Shown: one piece after another, positions 11,599-22,034 of the stretch | How the letters are laid out: each line of letters opens with the position of its first letter | Numbering within the stretch: the stretch's first letter is position 1 | DNA from: Cyanidioschyzon merolae | Taxonomy: Eukaryota | Reading direction: 5' to 3' (one strand) | Assembly (NCBI GenBank): GCA_000091205.1 | Contig: AP006498.2 | DNA length: 64,000 bases | Translations under genes and position numbers: made by a program | The notes under the pieces: generated by a model | Seen by the model: only the letters and a program-made list of their open reading frames with translations | Told to the model about the DNA's origin: nothing | Databases searched by the model: none

Positions 11599-14154
11599 AT
11601 GGAGGAACCTACAGTGCGGCAAGGCCGTGTTCGTCAGCAGACGAGTCGCTGCGGTTTTACGCTCGTAGCGCTGGGTGCGCCAACTCGAAAGACGACGTTC
11701 ATCGAGGAAAAGCCGTCCAGTGCCTGGGCGTTGCCAGTGCGGTTTGGGTCCTTCGACGCTCGTTGGCGGTGCGTCAGCGGGAGAAAGAGGCTGCGGGTTA
11801 GCGCAGTGAACGCTCGAAGGAGCGTGCTCTCACTGAGCTTTGTAGCGCTGCCAGCGTGGGACGCTGCCTTCGTGGAGGCTGTATTTCTCCACGCAAACGC
11901 CGGCTCTGTTCGAAGTTACGAAGAGGAGTACGTCGCTCGCGAACGGATTCGGTCTCTTGAGAAAGCTGACAAGGCTCTATCGGGTAATCCTGCTGAACAG
12001 TCAGCGAGCGGCAGCGCTACACTGCCGAATTTGAACTTGGAGGAGGCGCGAAGTGCGCCTCGGCGCCCTATTCGCCTGCGAATACCGCGCTGGGGTATGC
12101 CAAGAAGGTCGTCGCTACCAGTCGAGCCGGAGCAAAGCACACCTGGGCAACTGAAAGCAACGCAGCAACTGCGGGAAGGTACGGACCCAATCAGAGACCA
12201 GCGCAGCAGCTGGCAGGACAGGGGCTCGATCCTTGCGGATAAGCAAATGGTTCCACCTGATCTTTTACCAGACGCTGACCCAGAAGGTGCGAACAGCGAT
12301 GGCTCTGGTTCGGGCGTCCATGAACTCCCTGACTCTCTCAGTCCAGAGAGCACGTTCGAGCACCCTATGCGTCTGCATGAGCGAATCCGTGCCCTGACTG
12401 CGCCGGTTATGGGTTGGCTCTGGTATATGCTATTTTCGCGCAACTGGAGTGCTTTTTTGTCACGACTGAGCCTCGTTGTCGCACTTTTGATTCTTCTGCG
12501 GTATGGTGTGAACCGCTCACTTCGCTGGCTCTACAAGCGCTTCCAGTCGGTCGACCCCAAAGGCACGACGCTCCCTTTCGAGGATTCAGTCTTCGAAAGC
12601 ATGCAGCGACCGCTTGAGATCTTTGCAGTGACTCTACTGGGAACCTACATGGCGGAAGCGGTCTCGCGTCCTTTGGCAGCGACTGGCATTATCAAGTACC
12701 TGCACCCGCTGCGTGAGCTCGGCATTATCATCGCCACAACCATGTTCGTCCTGCGATGGGTGAACAAGATCCGCCTCCGCTTCCTGCGAGCGCCAGAGTC
12801 GCAACGGCGGGGTATCGACCAGGCCCAAGTGGACGCTGTGAGCCGCATCGTGAGTGTAGCCACTGTCGTTGTCGCACTGCTGATCAGTTTGGATACATTT
12901 GGCGTGAACATACAAGCCGTCTTAGCCTTCGGTGGTATCGGTGGTGTCGCAATCGGTTTCGCAGGTCGCGAAGTCATTTCGAACTTTTTCTCGGGATTCA
13001 TGATCTATTTAACCCGTCCTTTTACGGTGGGTGAATGGATTCGCAGCATCAACGAAGACGACCCCATCGATGGCTTTGTCGAAGACATTGGCTGGTATCT
13101 GACAAGAGTGCGAACCTGGGAGAAGCGTCCTCTGTACATTCCGAATTCAAAATTTTCCACCTTGATTATTGAGAATCCCTCACGGATGACGAATCGTCGA
13201 ATCAAGAAAACGCTCCACTTGCGCATTGAGGATATGCATGTCGTCAAGACCGTGGTGGATGAGATCCGTACGATGCTCATGTCGCATCCGGATCTGGACC
13301 CCAAGCAGCACCGAATGGTTTATGTGGAAGGCTTTACGGAATTCAGCTGTAATATCTGGTTGAGCTGCTACACAAAACAGGTTTTCCTTGAGTCGTACAT
13401 GAAAACGCAGCAGGATATCATGCTGAAAATCCATGAAATTCTGCGAAAACATGGGGCCCGCCTCGCTACAACGCTGGTTCGTGATCTTCGCGACGGAACC
13501 AATCCCGATATCTACGGAGCCGGTGCTCGTTTGCGACCCATGGATATGGAGCAGGAGTACAGAGCTGGCGCGGCACCTGTGGAGTATCACTTGAATCGCA
13601 CTGGGGCTCCGGTTCCCGAGCTTGGGCGCGATCGCCCAGCGCCTCCGATGGAGGCAACAGGTCCGTCGACGTGGGGCGAGGCTGCCACGAAGAACGTCTC
13701 GCCTGGTTCTACAACGACTGCTGGTTACACTAGCGGATCTGGTACCTCCGAAAGCGGCTCGGAATCGTCCGTGGACAGAGCATCGAGCAAGAAATTGCGC
13801 GATATCGGCCAGGGTGGCAACGGCAGTCATGGCTACGTCCGAGAGCCCAAGAGCCCTGCGGGCGCTCTTGGTGGCGTCGCTGCACCCAGCACTGGTGGTG
13901 GGGGCAACACCGCCACCGGCGGCTCGAATGGGTCAGGGAATGGTGCCGGTGGTGTGACCGCAAAGCGCAGCGAGGCGTCGACGCCCCCCGGGGGCGAAGC
14001 GCGCCCCAGGAGTGTGACGACGACGCAACAAGGCATGATCATTCGCGGCGATACCTCGACGAGCGCTGCCTACGGGAATACCAACGAGGAGGAAACAGCC
14101 CGGGCAGGTCGCCGATCGGAGGATGTGAGCGACAAGCCTTCAAAGGGCTCGTAA
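11599..14154 (+). CDS. MscS-like mechanosensitive ion channel (MSL family)
   Basis: 851 aa. The MscS pore/beta-domain signature is 'AFGGIGGVAIGFAGREVISNFFSGFMIYLTRPFTVGEWI' (compare the bacterial MscS 'RPFKVGDWI'). Multiple TM helices lie upstream. The C-terminal tail is G/S/T-rich and low complexity. Confidence 0.8.
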   Translation: MEEPTVRQGRVRQQTSRCGFTLVALGAPTRKTTFIEEKPSSAWALPVRFGSFDARWRCVSGRKRLRVSAVNARRSVLSLSFVALPAWDAAFVEAVFLHANAGSVRSYEEEYVARERIRSLEKADKALSGNPAEQSASGSATLPNLNLEEARSAPRRPIRLRIPRWGMPRRSSLPVEPEQSTPGQLKATQQLREGTDPIRDQRSSWQDRGSILADKQMVPPDLLPDADPEGANSDGSGSGVHELPDSLSPESTFEHPMRLHERIRALTAPVMGWLWYMLFSRNWSAFLSRLSLVVALLILLRYGVNRSLRWLYKRFQSVDPKGTTLPFEDSVFESMQRPLEIFAVTLLGTYMAEAVSRPLAATGIIKYLHPLRELGIIIATTMFVLRWVNKIRLRFLRAPESQRRGIDQAQVDAVSRIVSVATVVVALLISLDTFGVNIQAVLAFGGIGGVAIGFAGREVISNFFSGFMIYLTRPFTVGEWIRSINEDDPIDGFVEDIGWYLTRVRTWEKRPLYIPNSKFSTLIIENPSRMTNRRIKKTLHLRIEDMHVVKTVVDEIRTMLMSHPDLDPKQHRMVYVEGFTEFSCNIWLSCYTKQVFLESYMKTQQDIMLKIHEILRKHGARLATTLVRDLRDGTNPDIYGAGARLRPMDMEQEYRAGAAPVEYHLNRTGAPVPELGRDRPAPPMEATGPSTWGEAATKNVSPGSTTTAGYTSGSGTSESGSESSVDRASSKKLRDIGQGGNGSHGYVREPKSPAGALGGVAAPSTGGGGNTATGGSNGSGNGAGGVTAKRSEASTPPGGEARPRSVTTTQQGMIIRGDTSTSAAYGNTNEEETARAGRRSEDVSDKPSKGS

Positions 14155-16975
14155 CGACCCCCGAGGCTGTTTGCTTTTACGTTGGCGGGGCAAAAGCCCG
14201 AGTGCTGGCGTTGCGCGCTCCGCGGCGCTGCCGACACCCCTGTCATTTTAAAACGCAACACTGATCTGTGCATGCTGTTCCTTGCTTTCGATTTACTTTT
14301 GAGTGTTGTTTTAGATGTTCAACCTCGACATTCTAAGCGCAGCGATGAGGGCTTACGGACGCATGCGAAGTTTCAAGGCGCTCGATTGTCGTTCTGGAGT
14401 ATCTCCTGCGACGCTTTGGCGCTAGATTTCGTGACTACACCGGAATCAGGACGATTCGCGACGCCCTCGAACCTGGTTCCGTAAAATGACCGATTTCGTG
14501 ATCCAATGCATACGCACAAGCCGCCAATTTTCTCATTTCATAACTGTGGGATGCTCAAATCATGCGTTCTTCAAAACTTCGATTTTTTTGTCACCCGGCT
14601 ATTCGTAAGCCCAGCTACTCGCGCCACTGGATTGACGACGAAAAATTCGACATCATACTTTGACAACCAGTTCGCACACTCATGCCGATACCTACCTTTC
14701 CGCGTCAAATAATCGATTTCATTCGAAACAAATCCCCCTCTGTGTCATCGACGAAACGGTAATCAGCTCCAATATGATATCTCTCATGGAAAGCGTTCTC
14801 AGCGCATCTGCGTCTCTTCTGTTTGCACGGGAAAGAATCATGGACTCGAAGCTGAGTGATCGCAGCGACCGCTTCCAGTGGAACAGGCGTTACCGCGTTG
14901 TATGCAGGTAGTATCGACCGATCGAAATCTCTCGACTTGTTCTCCGGAATGTATTTTCTGTTGGGTATTTATGTCATCAAGGGCGAGATCGCGCTCCTCA
15001 AACCCTGTGTCCAATGGGAAAGCGTTCGCTCGTTTGTGCAGCAGATAGAGAACGCGAGCGAGCGGATCGCGCAGAAGAGGCCCGTGATCATTCGGTGCGG
15101 TACCAGGCACGAAAACGAAAATGAACATGGAGTGGCGCTTTTGGTACCCGTCAAGTGCATGTACCGAGCGATGGAGCAGGCTGTCACGCTCCAAAGGACG
15201 GATCTCGCAGGCGAATGAGCAGAGGATATGGTCGAACGCCTGACCACGGTCGAGTGTCATTGCTGCGAAGTGGGCGCACACAAGATGTATGCAAAAAAGA
15301 CACAAATGGCAAGCAAAGCGTATACTGCAAGTTTTGTACGTGTACGAAATAATACGGCAACAGCTGGAAGCCGCGAAAGCCAGAATTGAACGCTGCCATC
15401 AACAAACTTCGACTGCTCACAACAGCTCTTGAGGGAGCCGGCAGACCCACGGACGTAAAGCTGGGGACCACTGAGAAGAAAGGGGAACAGTCGCAAAAAA
15501 CCCACAAACGACCAGTGTTCATCACCGTGAAAAGCGCCCCAGACTACAACGTGTGGGCGTGAGTCAGAGAACCTGGTCCATGTTGAGTCCGACGTTCGAG
15601 GAGTCAGAGGCCAGCGCTTCAAGTGGCAGCGAGCTGCTTGTCCGGCAACCGCCCGCTCTTACGAGCTACTTTACCCCAGTGCAAGCACATTTGAGTTCCG
15701 TGGCGCTGATTCCTAGTTCACCCGCTACTCTAAAAAAAGCTCCGCGCTATGGTGATTCCCAGACCTCCAAGGAAAAGCACCATAATCAGTACAAACGCGA
15801 GCAGTCCGTACCAGGTTTGTTCTTCCTTGGGGCGTGGTTGCTCTGGACGTTTTGTAGCCGAAACCGATGGGAGTCGATTCTCCGGTTCCGGCACAGGAGC
15901 GTTTCCCAGCGGGCTCGACTTGTTGGTCATGCTCCAGCGAGCTGGCCGAGCGCCTGTGCGCCATGAAACGAGTTGCGGCCTCAGTTGAACCTGTCGCTGA
16001 GGGTCCACACGCATCCGCAGCTGCGTTCTGTTGACTGAACCCGGCGAAACCGCAAAAGCTATAGACATGATCCGTTGCTTGGTACACACAAACGTACGGC
16101 CAACCGTCGGTGGCGCTGCTACGATGATGCAGGAGCGGCAGGACGGCTGGGCAACGCCAGTATCATACTTTATCCGATATTATATATTTTGTATGATTTA
16201 TGTCCAGTTATGAACAGAATCCAAGAGCATCGCGAACGAATGGGGACGCTCACGATCCCCGGGGTCTACCCCTGGTGGTGGTGCAGCGCCAGAAACTAGG
16301 TGTCGGCATCCGCGCGCGCGTGCGCAAAACCGCTCGGACACGGGACACCTGCATGGCGCAGGCACCAATAAGCCCATTATTCCTCGACACCAGTGGGCGC
16401 TCGCTGGTCCTTGGTGCACGGTTCACGGCTCGTGGTTATTCAGGGCCCTCGCACGGCGGATGCGAGACCCGACGCGAATGCGTGGCGCCTCAGCGTGCGC
16501 GTCTTCCAGCTCACGAGCGCCTGGAAACGTGGGCGATGCTGTACTCTGGTGTTGACCTCGCTGGTGGCATTGCAGGGTACGCTGTGGCGATGCAGAACGG
16601 AATGGACCTCCAAGAACCGAGTTCGCCGTCTCATCGACTGATACGAGACATGCTGGGGGATACCTAGCAAGCTTCTGGTGCAGGCGACGGTATCCCGAAT
16701 AGCTGCCTCAGTTCGAGATCGCTTCTGATAACCATGACACGCAGCCAGGTCTGTGAGCCGTTCATCCGACTGGGATGCATCGCGCGATCAAGATTCGGAA
16801 CATGAGGCTGCTTCTCCTTCTCTGTTGTCGCGCTCGGAAGCGCCGGCAGCCGCCAGTTACACACCAGGCCCGACAAGCATTCCACAGGTGCCGCACGGGA
16901 TACATTGCGTGGTGGGGTCAGGTCGGAGGTCGCAGGCAACGCTGCAGCGGCGGTTCGCAACCGGTGCATGCCGGC

Positions 16976-17629
16976 TCAGTGGTACGCTTCTCTTGAGCTG
17001 ACGCTCCCTGCACCCACGTTTGGTGCCTCGAAGGCGGCATTCGGCGTCTCGGCGCTGGCCTCATGTTTCTGTTCGTTCATGATACCGAGCACCGTGCCCA
17101 TGGTCGCAACGCTCTGCTGCAGCGCGTTCAAAGTCGCTCGAAGTTCGGCGAGTTGCTCTTGCTGCTCGAGCCGTTGGCTGCTGATGGACTCCAGTTCGGC
17201 ACGTCGCTCGCAGATCTCCAACTCCAACTCGGAACAATTTGGTAGTCGCTCGATCTCGACACACAAAGCCCGCAGCTCTCGCTCGCTAGCTAACTGCGAC
17301 TCAGCAACGCTGAGCGCCTTCTTTTCCTCCGCGTATTGTTCCCGAAGTTGCTTCACTTGCGCCTCCAGTGTAGGCAGTGCTAGGCAACGAAGGTTGTCCT
17401 CGTCAGTGGCGAGCGCCTGCGCGGCTCTGGCGAAATGCTCGGCCGACTGCTCGAGCGCAGCCAGCGATCGAGCCAAAGCGTCCGGGGAGGTTTCCACTCC
17501 GCGTCCTGCTTGCGTGAGTACCAGCACTTGACCTGCTGACTGTAGGAACTCGTCGTAGCGCTGTTCAAGTCGTGCAGCGATTGCTGTTTCACAGTCACCG
17601 CTGTCGCTAACGGTGTACATTAGTGGCAT
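16976..17629 (-). CDS. hypothetical coiled-coil protein
   Basis: ORF rich in heptad-like 'LEQ...AEL...LRE' segments. The track start at 17698 lies inside the conserved Fanzor tail. The first in-frame ATGs are at 17629 and 17620, so the start is uncertain. No family recognised. Confidence 0.3.
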   Translation of the reverse strand: MPLMYTVSDSGDCETAIAARLEQRYDEFLQSAGQVLVLTQAGRGVETSPDALARSLAALEQSAEHFARAAQALATDEDNLRCLALPTLEAQVKQLREQYAEEKKALSVAESQLASERELRALCVEIERLPNCSELELEICERRAELESISSQRLEQQEQLAELRATLNALQQSVATMGTVLGIMNEQKHEASAETPNAAFEAPNVGAGSVSSREAYH

Positions 17630-17747
17630 GTGGCCCGCCCTAGACGAGAGGTCTCCAACTGACGTGCAGACGCGTCCCCGTCTTTTTCGACCGGCCACCC
17701 ACTACTGCTTCTAACTTTTTCTTATATAGTTCGACTTTAAGAGGTTG

Positions 17748-19716
17748 TCAAACAAAGTTCTCTCTTGTCAACTCTGGAGCTCTCGTCTCCAGCACCGCAC
17801 ATCTCCTGATATTGATGGCGGCATCGAAGTCACGATTCACGAATTCCATACGTTTCTTGCCATCGTTGGTTGTACTGACCAATGCGAGTAGTCCACGAAC
17901 TTTCGCCATCCTTTCCATTTGCTCCTCCGTAAGCGGTCCATACTTTATTATATCTTCAGGGCTCCTCTGGCACTTTTCCATCTCCACTCTCTGAAGTGTA
18001 CAACCCAGCTCGTGGTGTGTATACGATGTTCGAAACTCATCTACAGGTATCGTAACGAAACGCCGTGCACACTCCTTGTGCGCTCTCGTCGTTGGAGCTG
18101 GTGTACACCCTTTTTGGGTCTTCCAGCGCCCTGCTCCGTATGCTACGACGAGCCTCTGACTTTCATCCTCCTTCAGGGCGTTCAACTGATTGAAAAAGTT
18201 CGCGAACGCCCGCTGTTTCCCACAGTATAGATTCATACGCAGACGAGCCCACCGAGGCTTTGTATACTCCTCCCACAGCGCCTCCCAATGAGCAACGCGA
18301 ACTTTCATGAATTTCAGAAAAGCTTGAAAGTCCGCTCCTCGGCTCGTCACCTCGCTCATAGCTTCCAAGTGGTCCTTTATTCCTGCATTCCATGTCTTAA
18401 TTTTCTTCCTCGCATTCATGATTCCCGATTCTCGATAGTCTCTTGCTGTCGAGAACCTCAGAAGACGCATGTGTTTCTGACGCAAGTTACCGTCAGTACC
18501 GTCGTCCGCAAGCTTGGATACAGCGATGGATATGATATTTGTGTTTCCGGGGTCCGCGCCAACGACAAAGTCGTTTTCCTGCACTTTCTGCGTCGCAGCA
18601 TCCGCTTGTTTGTTTTCTTCATGTTTCGCCGAGCGCGAAGCCGAGGGCGGAACTGGACGATCTTTCCTCAACCGCAGATAGTGTACACACATGGGTATTC
18701 CATCGCTTTCAATCAACCCAGTGAATTCCTTTTTCTTGCTGACTTTGAGCCCTTTGAAATTGAAGATATTCTTCCAGTACGTCTCGCGGGTTTCGGCGGT
18801 GATCTCTGTGCTCCTTACATCGAACTCGGGACTGGTCTCAGTCATGATGCCGTAAAGGACGCCGGAGTCGATAGTCACAAAATGTGACTTGATGTTGCCC
18901 AACGGAACCACGTTGAAGCGCTCGCCCATTAGGAACGCCTTCCGTCTCTCCCATTCTTCATTTTTTTCCTCACTCAGCTTCATCTCCGCTTTGCGATCGA
19001 GCTCTCGGTCCAAAAACACAAAATACCGTAGGACGAGACGATCGTATCTTTCCTTATCTTTTTTCAACTCTGATATCTTGTCTGTCGGATTCGCCAGCCC
19101 CGAAACTGCACGGTGCTCTTGCATAACCGCACGGATTACAGAAGCTGCATTCGTGATCTCTTTTGACGCCTTCTTGTCGACGAATCCGATCCCATCTACA
19201 CGCCGGCGATTGTTCGTGATGCCATTGATAATCGCCCATATCCCTTTGGGAGAGATGCCCGGGATAGAGTGCAAATGCGGCGCGTATCATGAAACGTTCG
19301 AGGTTCGTTGTCAAACGATTCTCCAGATTCGTGAGTCACTTCATCGCCCCATAGTCGTAAATATCCCGGTCATCCCTGTACTGGGTACCCTCGAAGCGGA
19401 ATTCCGCGAAGTTTTCGTGGAGGGCATGCACCCGCTCATTTTCCATCCGCGCATCCTTTGTACCAAGCATCAGCTGACGAATAAACTTCTTATCGAAAAA
19501 CTCGTCCGGAATCTCGACCGTTTCCATGTGCGTCACGTCGCGATACATCTCCCGTACCAAATGCATCAGTCCTGACGACGCCTTTACAATACTCTTGGAG
19601 TACGAGTCGACACGGTTTCTGATAGCGTCTCGCAACTTTTCCCTGTAGGGATCCTTGATATGCTTAAGGACACCGGCTTTCACCACCATCTCGTCGTACA
19701 TTCGTCTTTCTTGCAT
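17748..19716 (-). pseudogene. Fanzor1-like TnpB-family RuvC nuclease, disrupted (~655 codons)
   Basis: The three track ORFs 19336..19716, 19054..19314 and 17748..19274 are pieces of one gene. Motifs: '[12 protein letters not shown]' (RuvC-I), 'CTPAPTTRAHKEC...HHELGCTLQRVEMEKC' (zinc finger) and 'KKRMEFVNRDFDAAINIRR' (RuvC-III). An in-frame TGA at 19333-19335 falls where copy B has Tyr. Near 19272 a 1-bp insertion ('tatcccggg' vs copy B 'tgcccggg') shifts the frame. Confidence 0.75.
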
Positions 19717-19733
19717 CGTTCGACGTAGAGCCT

Positions 19734-19743
19734 CCCCCCCCCC
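19734..19743. repeat. poly(C) tract (10 nt on + strand; poly(G) immediately 5' of the copy-A Fanzor start codon on the - strand)
   Basis: Reads 'cctccccccccccttt'. Confidence 0.8.
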
Positions 19744-20703
19744 TTTGGTCCTTCTTCTTTTCCTTTTCTTCTGGACTCGTCACTGTTTTTTGTTTTTTCT
19801 GGCAGCCGGCGACACTGGGCCTCCAGGATCGTGGACTTGCTTTTTCATCACTTTCCTTTTCTTGTTTGTTTTTGAAAAACAACGCTCTTTGATCCCTTCT
19901 GTTATACACAGCAAAAAATCAATCGAGCATTTTTCCTTGAGGTTTGAAACACAAATGAACTGAAAACTGTACTTTGCTACGACCTCAACGCAAACACAAC
20001 TTTTACAGCTGAACAAGACGCTTCTGATCGCGATTGCGTCTCCCTTCAACGGCGACGGGCGCGTCGTGTCTAATGCCTGCCAGATAAGGATGTGCGCGTA
20101 TCGGGCGCACTCTATAGAACAAAGAACAGATACTGACCATTAAATCGCCACGAGATAACGATTTCTTTCCCCTCTACGATAAACGTTGAGACGGGGAAAA
20201 CTGTCGGTACTTTCGAAAGTTTACCTTCTAGACGCAAGGTCCCGCGGATTGCACGAGTCTCCCAGGCTCGTGCTTCACGCTCCGCCACTGGCAGGTGCTT
20301 TCGTGACATCTGAGCAACTCGTCCGTAACGCACTCCACTCTGGGACTTGGAACGGGTAGCCGCCGTCTGGGCGTTGCCCATGATGCAGTGGACTCCTGGT
20401 ATATCGCGTTGCGCTGCCGCAGGCACTAGATCAATCTGCGCAGCTTGCAGACTCCTAGAACGACTATGAGCCACGACTCCGTTTCAGGTGAAGCGTTCCT
20501 CGGTCCGACGCCCTCAGAGGTATGGCAAAGCCGTTCAGTCTCCGTGATGCATCGGCATCAGCGATAGAACCGCAATTGCGGGTGCTCAAAGCAGGTAATC
20601 GGCGCTCGATAGAGCATAAGAATCGACCATTACATCCGAAAAGGTTTATGGGTCATGTAGCTTGAGGGTAAGTGCATCATGATGGATGCTTTCCCGAAAC
20701 CCA

Positions 20704-20728
20704 ACATCCATCCATCCATCCATCCATT
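20704..20728. repeat. (CATC)n microsatellite
   Basis: Reads 'catccatccatccatccatccat'. Confidence 0.85.
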
Positions 20729-21050
20729 CTGCAATCTAGGATCCATGGTCCACGTAAACGTTTTGTATAAAAAATTCTCATCAGCAGCAGCGACGGCGCT
20801 AGGCCCCAGCCGTCATCCTGGCGCCCGCTGAAGGCTCGCTGCGAAGCCTCGGCTGCATCGCAAGCCCAGGTGTCGTTCCGTTGTCAACCGAAAACACTTG
20901 TAGATCGAGTTGGTGCTGAACAACGTGGGCTCTGTGACTCCTCCCTAAACTCTTGCTCGCTTCTGATTGGGAAAAGGTTTGCAGCCTCAAACAGTGTGTG
21001 GAGAACACTAGAACTTAACCAACACCACACCGCCCACGACACAGTTACCC

Positions 21051-22034
21051 ATGGACCTGGTGCCAGTCGCTGGCGTTACAGGCCAGACGCTGCAGGTGCA
21101 CGCTTCGCCCACGGTTATTCTTGAGATTCTTGAACAATTCTTTCTGAAGAAACCAGACCAGGAACGGGTGATCGGCGCACTGCTCGGCGAAGTGAACGTG
21201 CTCGACGATGAGCACTCCACAAGTGCAGGCACCGACGCAGCGGTGCGTCGGCAAATCGAGGTCTGGGGGAGTTTTTACGTCCCACATAGCGAGACGGACA
21301 CGGAAATCGCTTTAGATATCGATTACTTTGGACAAATGCGTGCACTGAGTTTACAGGATGGGAGCACGGGCCCGACCGTCGACATCATCGGCTGGTACAC
21401 GACCGGCGGGATCGACAAGCCCACGTCGATCATCATTCACGAGTTCTTTGCACGTCAGTGTAACCTTCCCGTTGACCAGGTCGTCTGCTTGCTGGTGCGT
21501 CCGGATATACGCGAGAGCAATGCTTCCAAACGCGTGGTCCATCCACCGCTGATCCAAGCATACTCAGGATTTGCTTCCGTTCTTGGCCGTCAGAACATGA
21601 GCACGGACTTGGAACCCGTGCCTCTGGAAGTAACCGCATCAGACGCAGAGCAGTTGATGCTGAATGGTGTCGTTCAGGCGCTCGCAGCACAGAGCAATGT
21701 GCATTCGCGCTTCGGGCGGATAACACGGGCGACGGCGCTCGGCGGGGCGACGCACGAGCTCGTCAACCTGACGCGTAGCCTGCGCAAACTGGTTGACGCC
21801 TTGGACACTGTCCTCGAGTACCTACGAGATGTGGTATCTGGTGAAAAAGCTGGCGATCCCGCTGTGTTGGAGCTGTTGAACTTGGTAGAGGCTGAGCTGA
21901 ATGCCTGCGGCGACGAGGCGCTCATGCACGCGCTGGATACGAATCTGAAAGACCAGCTCATGACCCTGTACCTCAGTAGACTCACGAGTGCGAATCTCGT
22001 TCTGGGCGAACGCCTGCTCACTCTGGAGAAATAG
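21051..22034 (+). CDS. eIF3 subunit F-like MPN(-) domain protein
   Basis: 327 aa. 'LQVHASPTVILEILEQF' opens the MPN fold. 'DIIGWYTTGGIDKPTSIIIHEFFARQ' closely parallels the eIF3f segment '[25 protein letters not shown]'. CSN6 is the alternative assignment. Confidence 0.55.
   Translation: MDLVPVAGVTGQTLQVHASPTVILEILEQFFLKKPDQERVIGALLGEVNVLDDEHSTSAGTDAAVRRQIEVWGSFYVPHSETDTEIALDIDYFGQMRALSLQDGSTGPTVDIIGWYTTGGIDKPTSIIIHEFFARQCNLPVDQVVCLLVRPDIRESNASKRVVHPPLIQAYSGFASVLGRQNMSTDLEPVPLEVTASDAEQLMLNGVVQALAAQSNVHSRFGRITRATALGGATHELVNLTRSLRKLVDALDTVLEYLRDVVSGEKAGDPAVLELLNLVEAELNACGDEALMHALDTNLKDQLMTLYLSRLTSANLVLGERLLTLEK

Larger units (their letters stand above)
17603..19900 (-). mobile_element. Fanzor/TnpB-like (OMEGA nuclease) element, copy A: 5' conserved block, decayed ORF and conserved 3' non-coding tail
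   Basis: The extent is defined by homology to copy B (51015-53195) for the ORF and 3' tail, and to the deleted copy at 45790-46310 for the 5' block (19717-~19900). The 5' block contains 'ggcagccggcgacactgggcctccaggatc'. Confidence 0.7.

Noticed and set aside
18288-19575. Plus-strand ORFs 18288..18887 and 18889..19575 opposite Fanzor copy A, and minus-strand ORFs 51842..52225 and 52810..53055 opposite copy B
   Set aside because: These are shadow ORFs on the antisense strand of the nuclease gene. They have no motifs and mirror each other between the copies only because the sense strands are homologous.
20112-20474. 120-aa minus-strand ORF starting 'MAHSRSRS...', considered as a small organellar ribosomal protein
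   Set aside because: It could not be matched convincingly to bL27, bL31, bL33, bL34 or bL35 signatures from memory. It is left unannotated.
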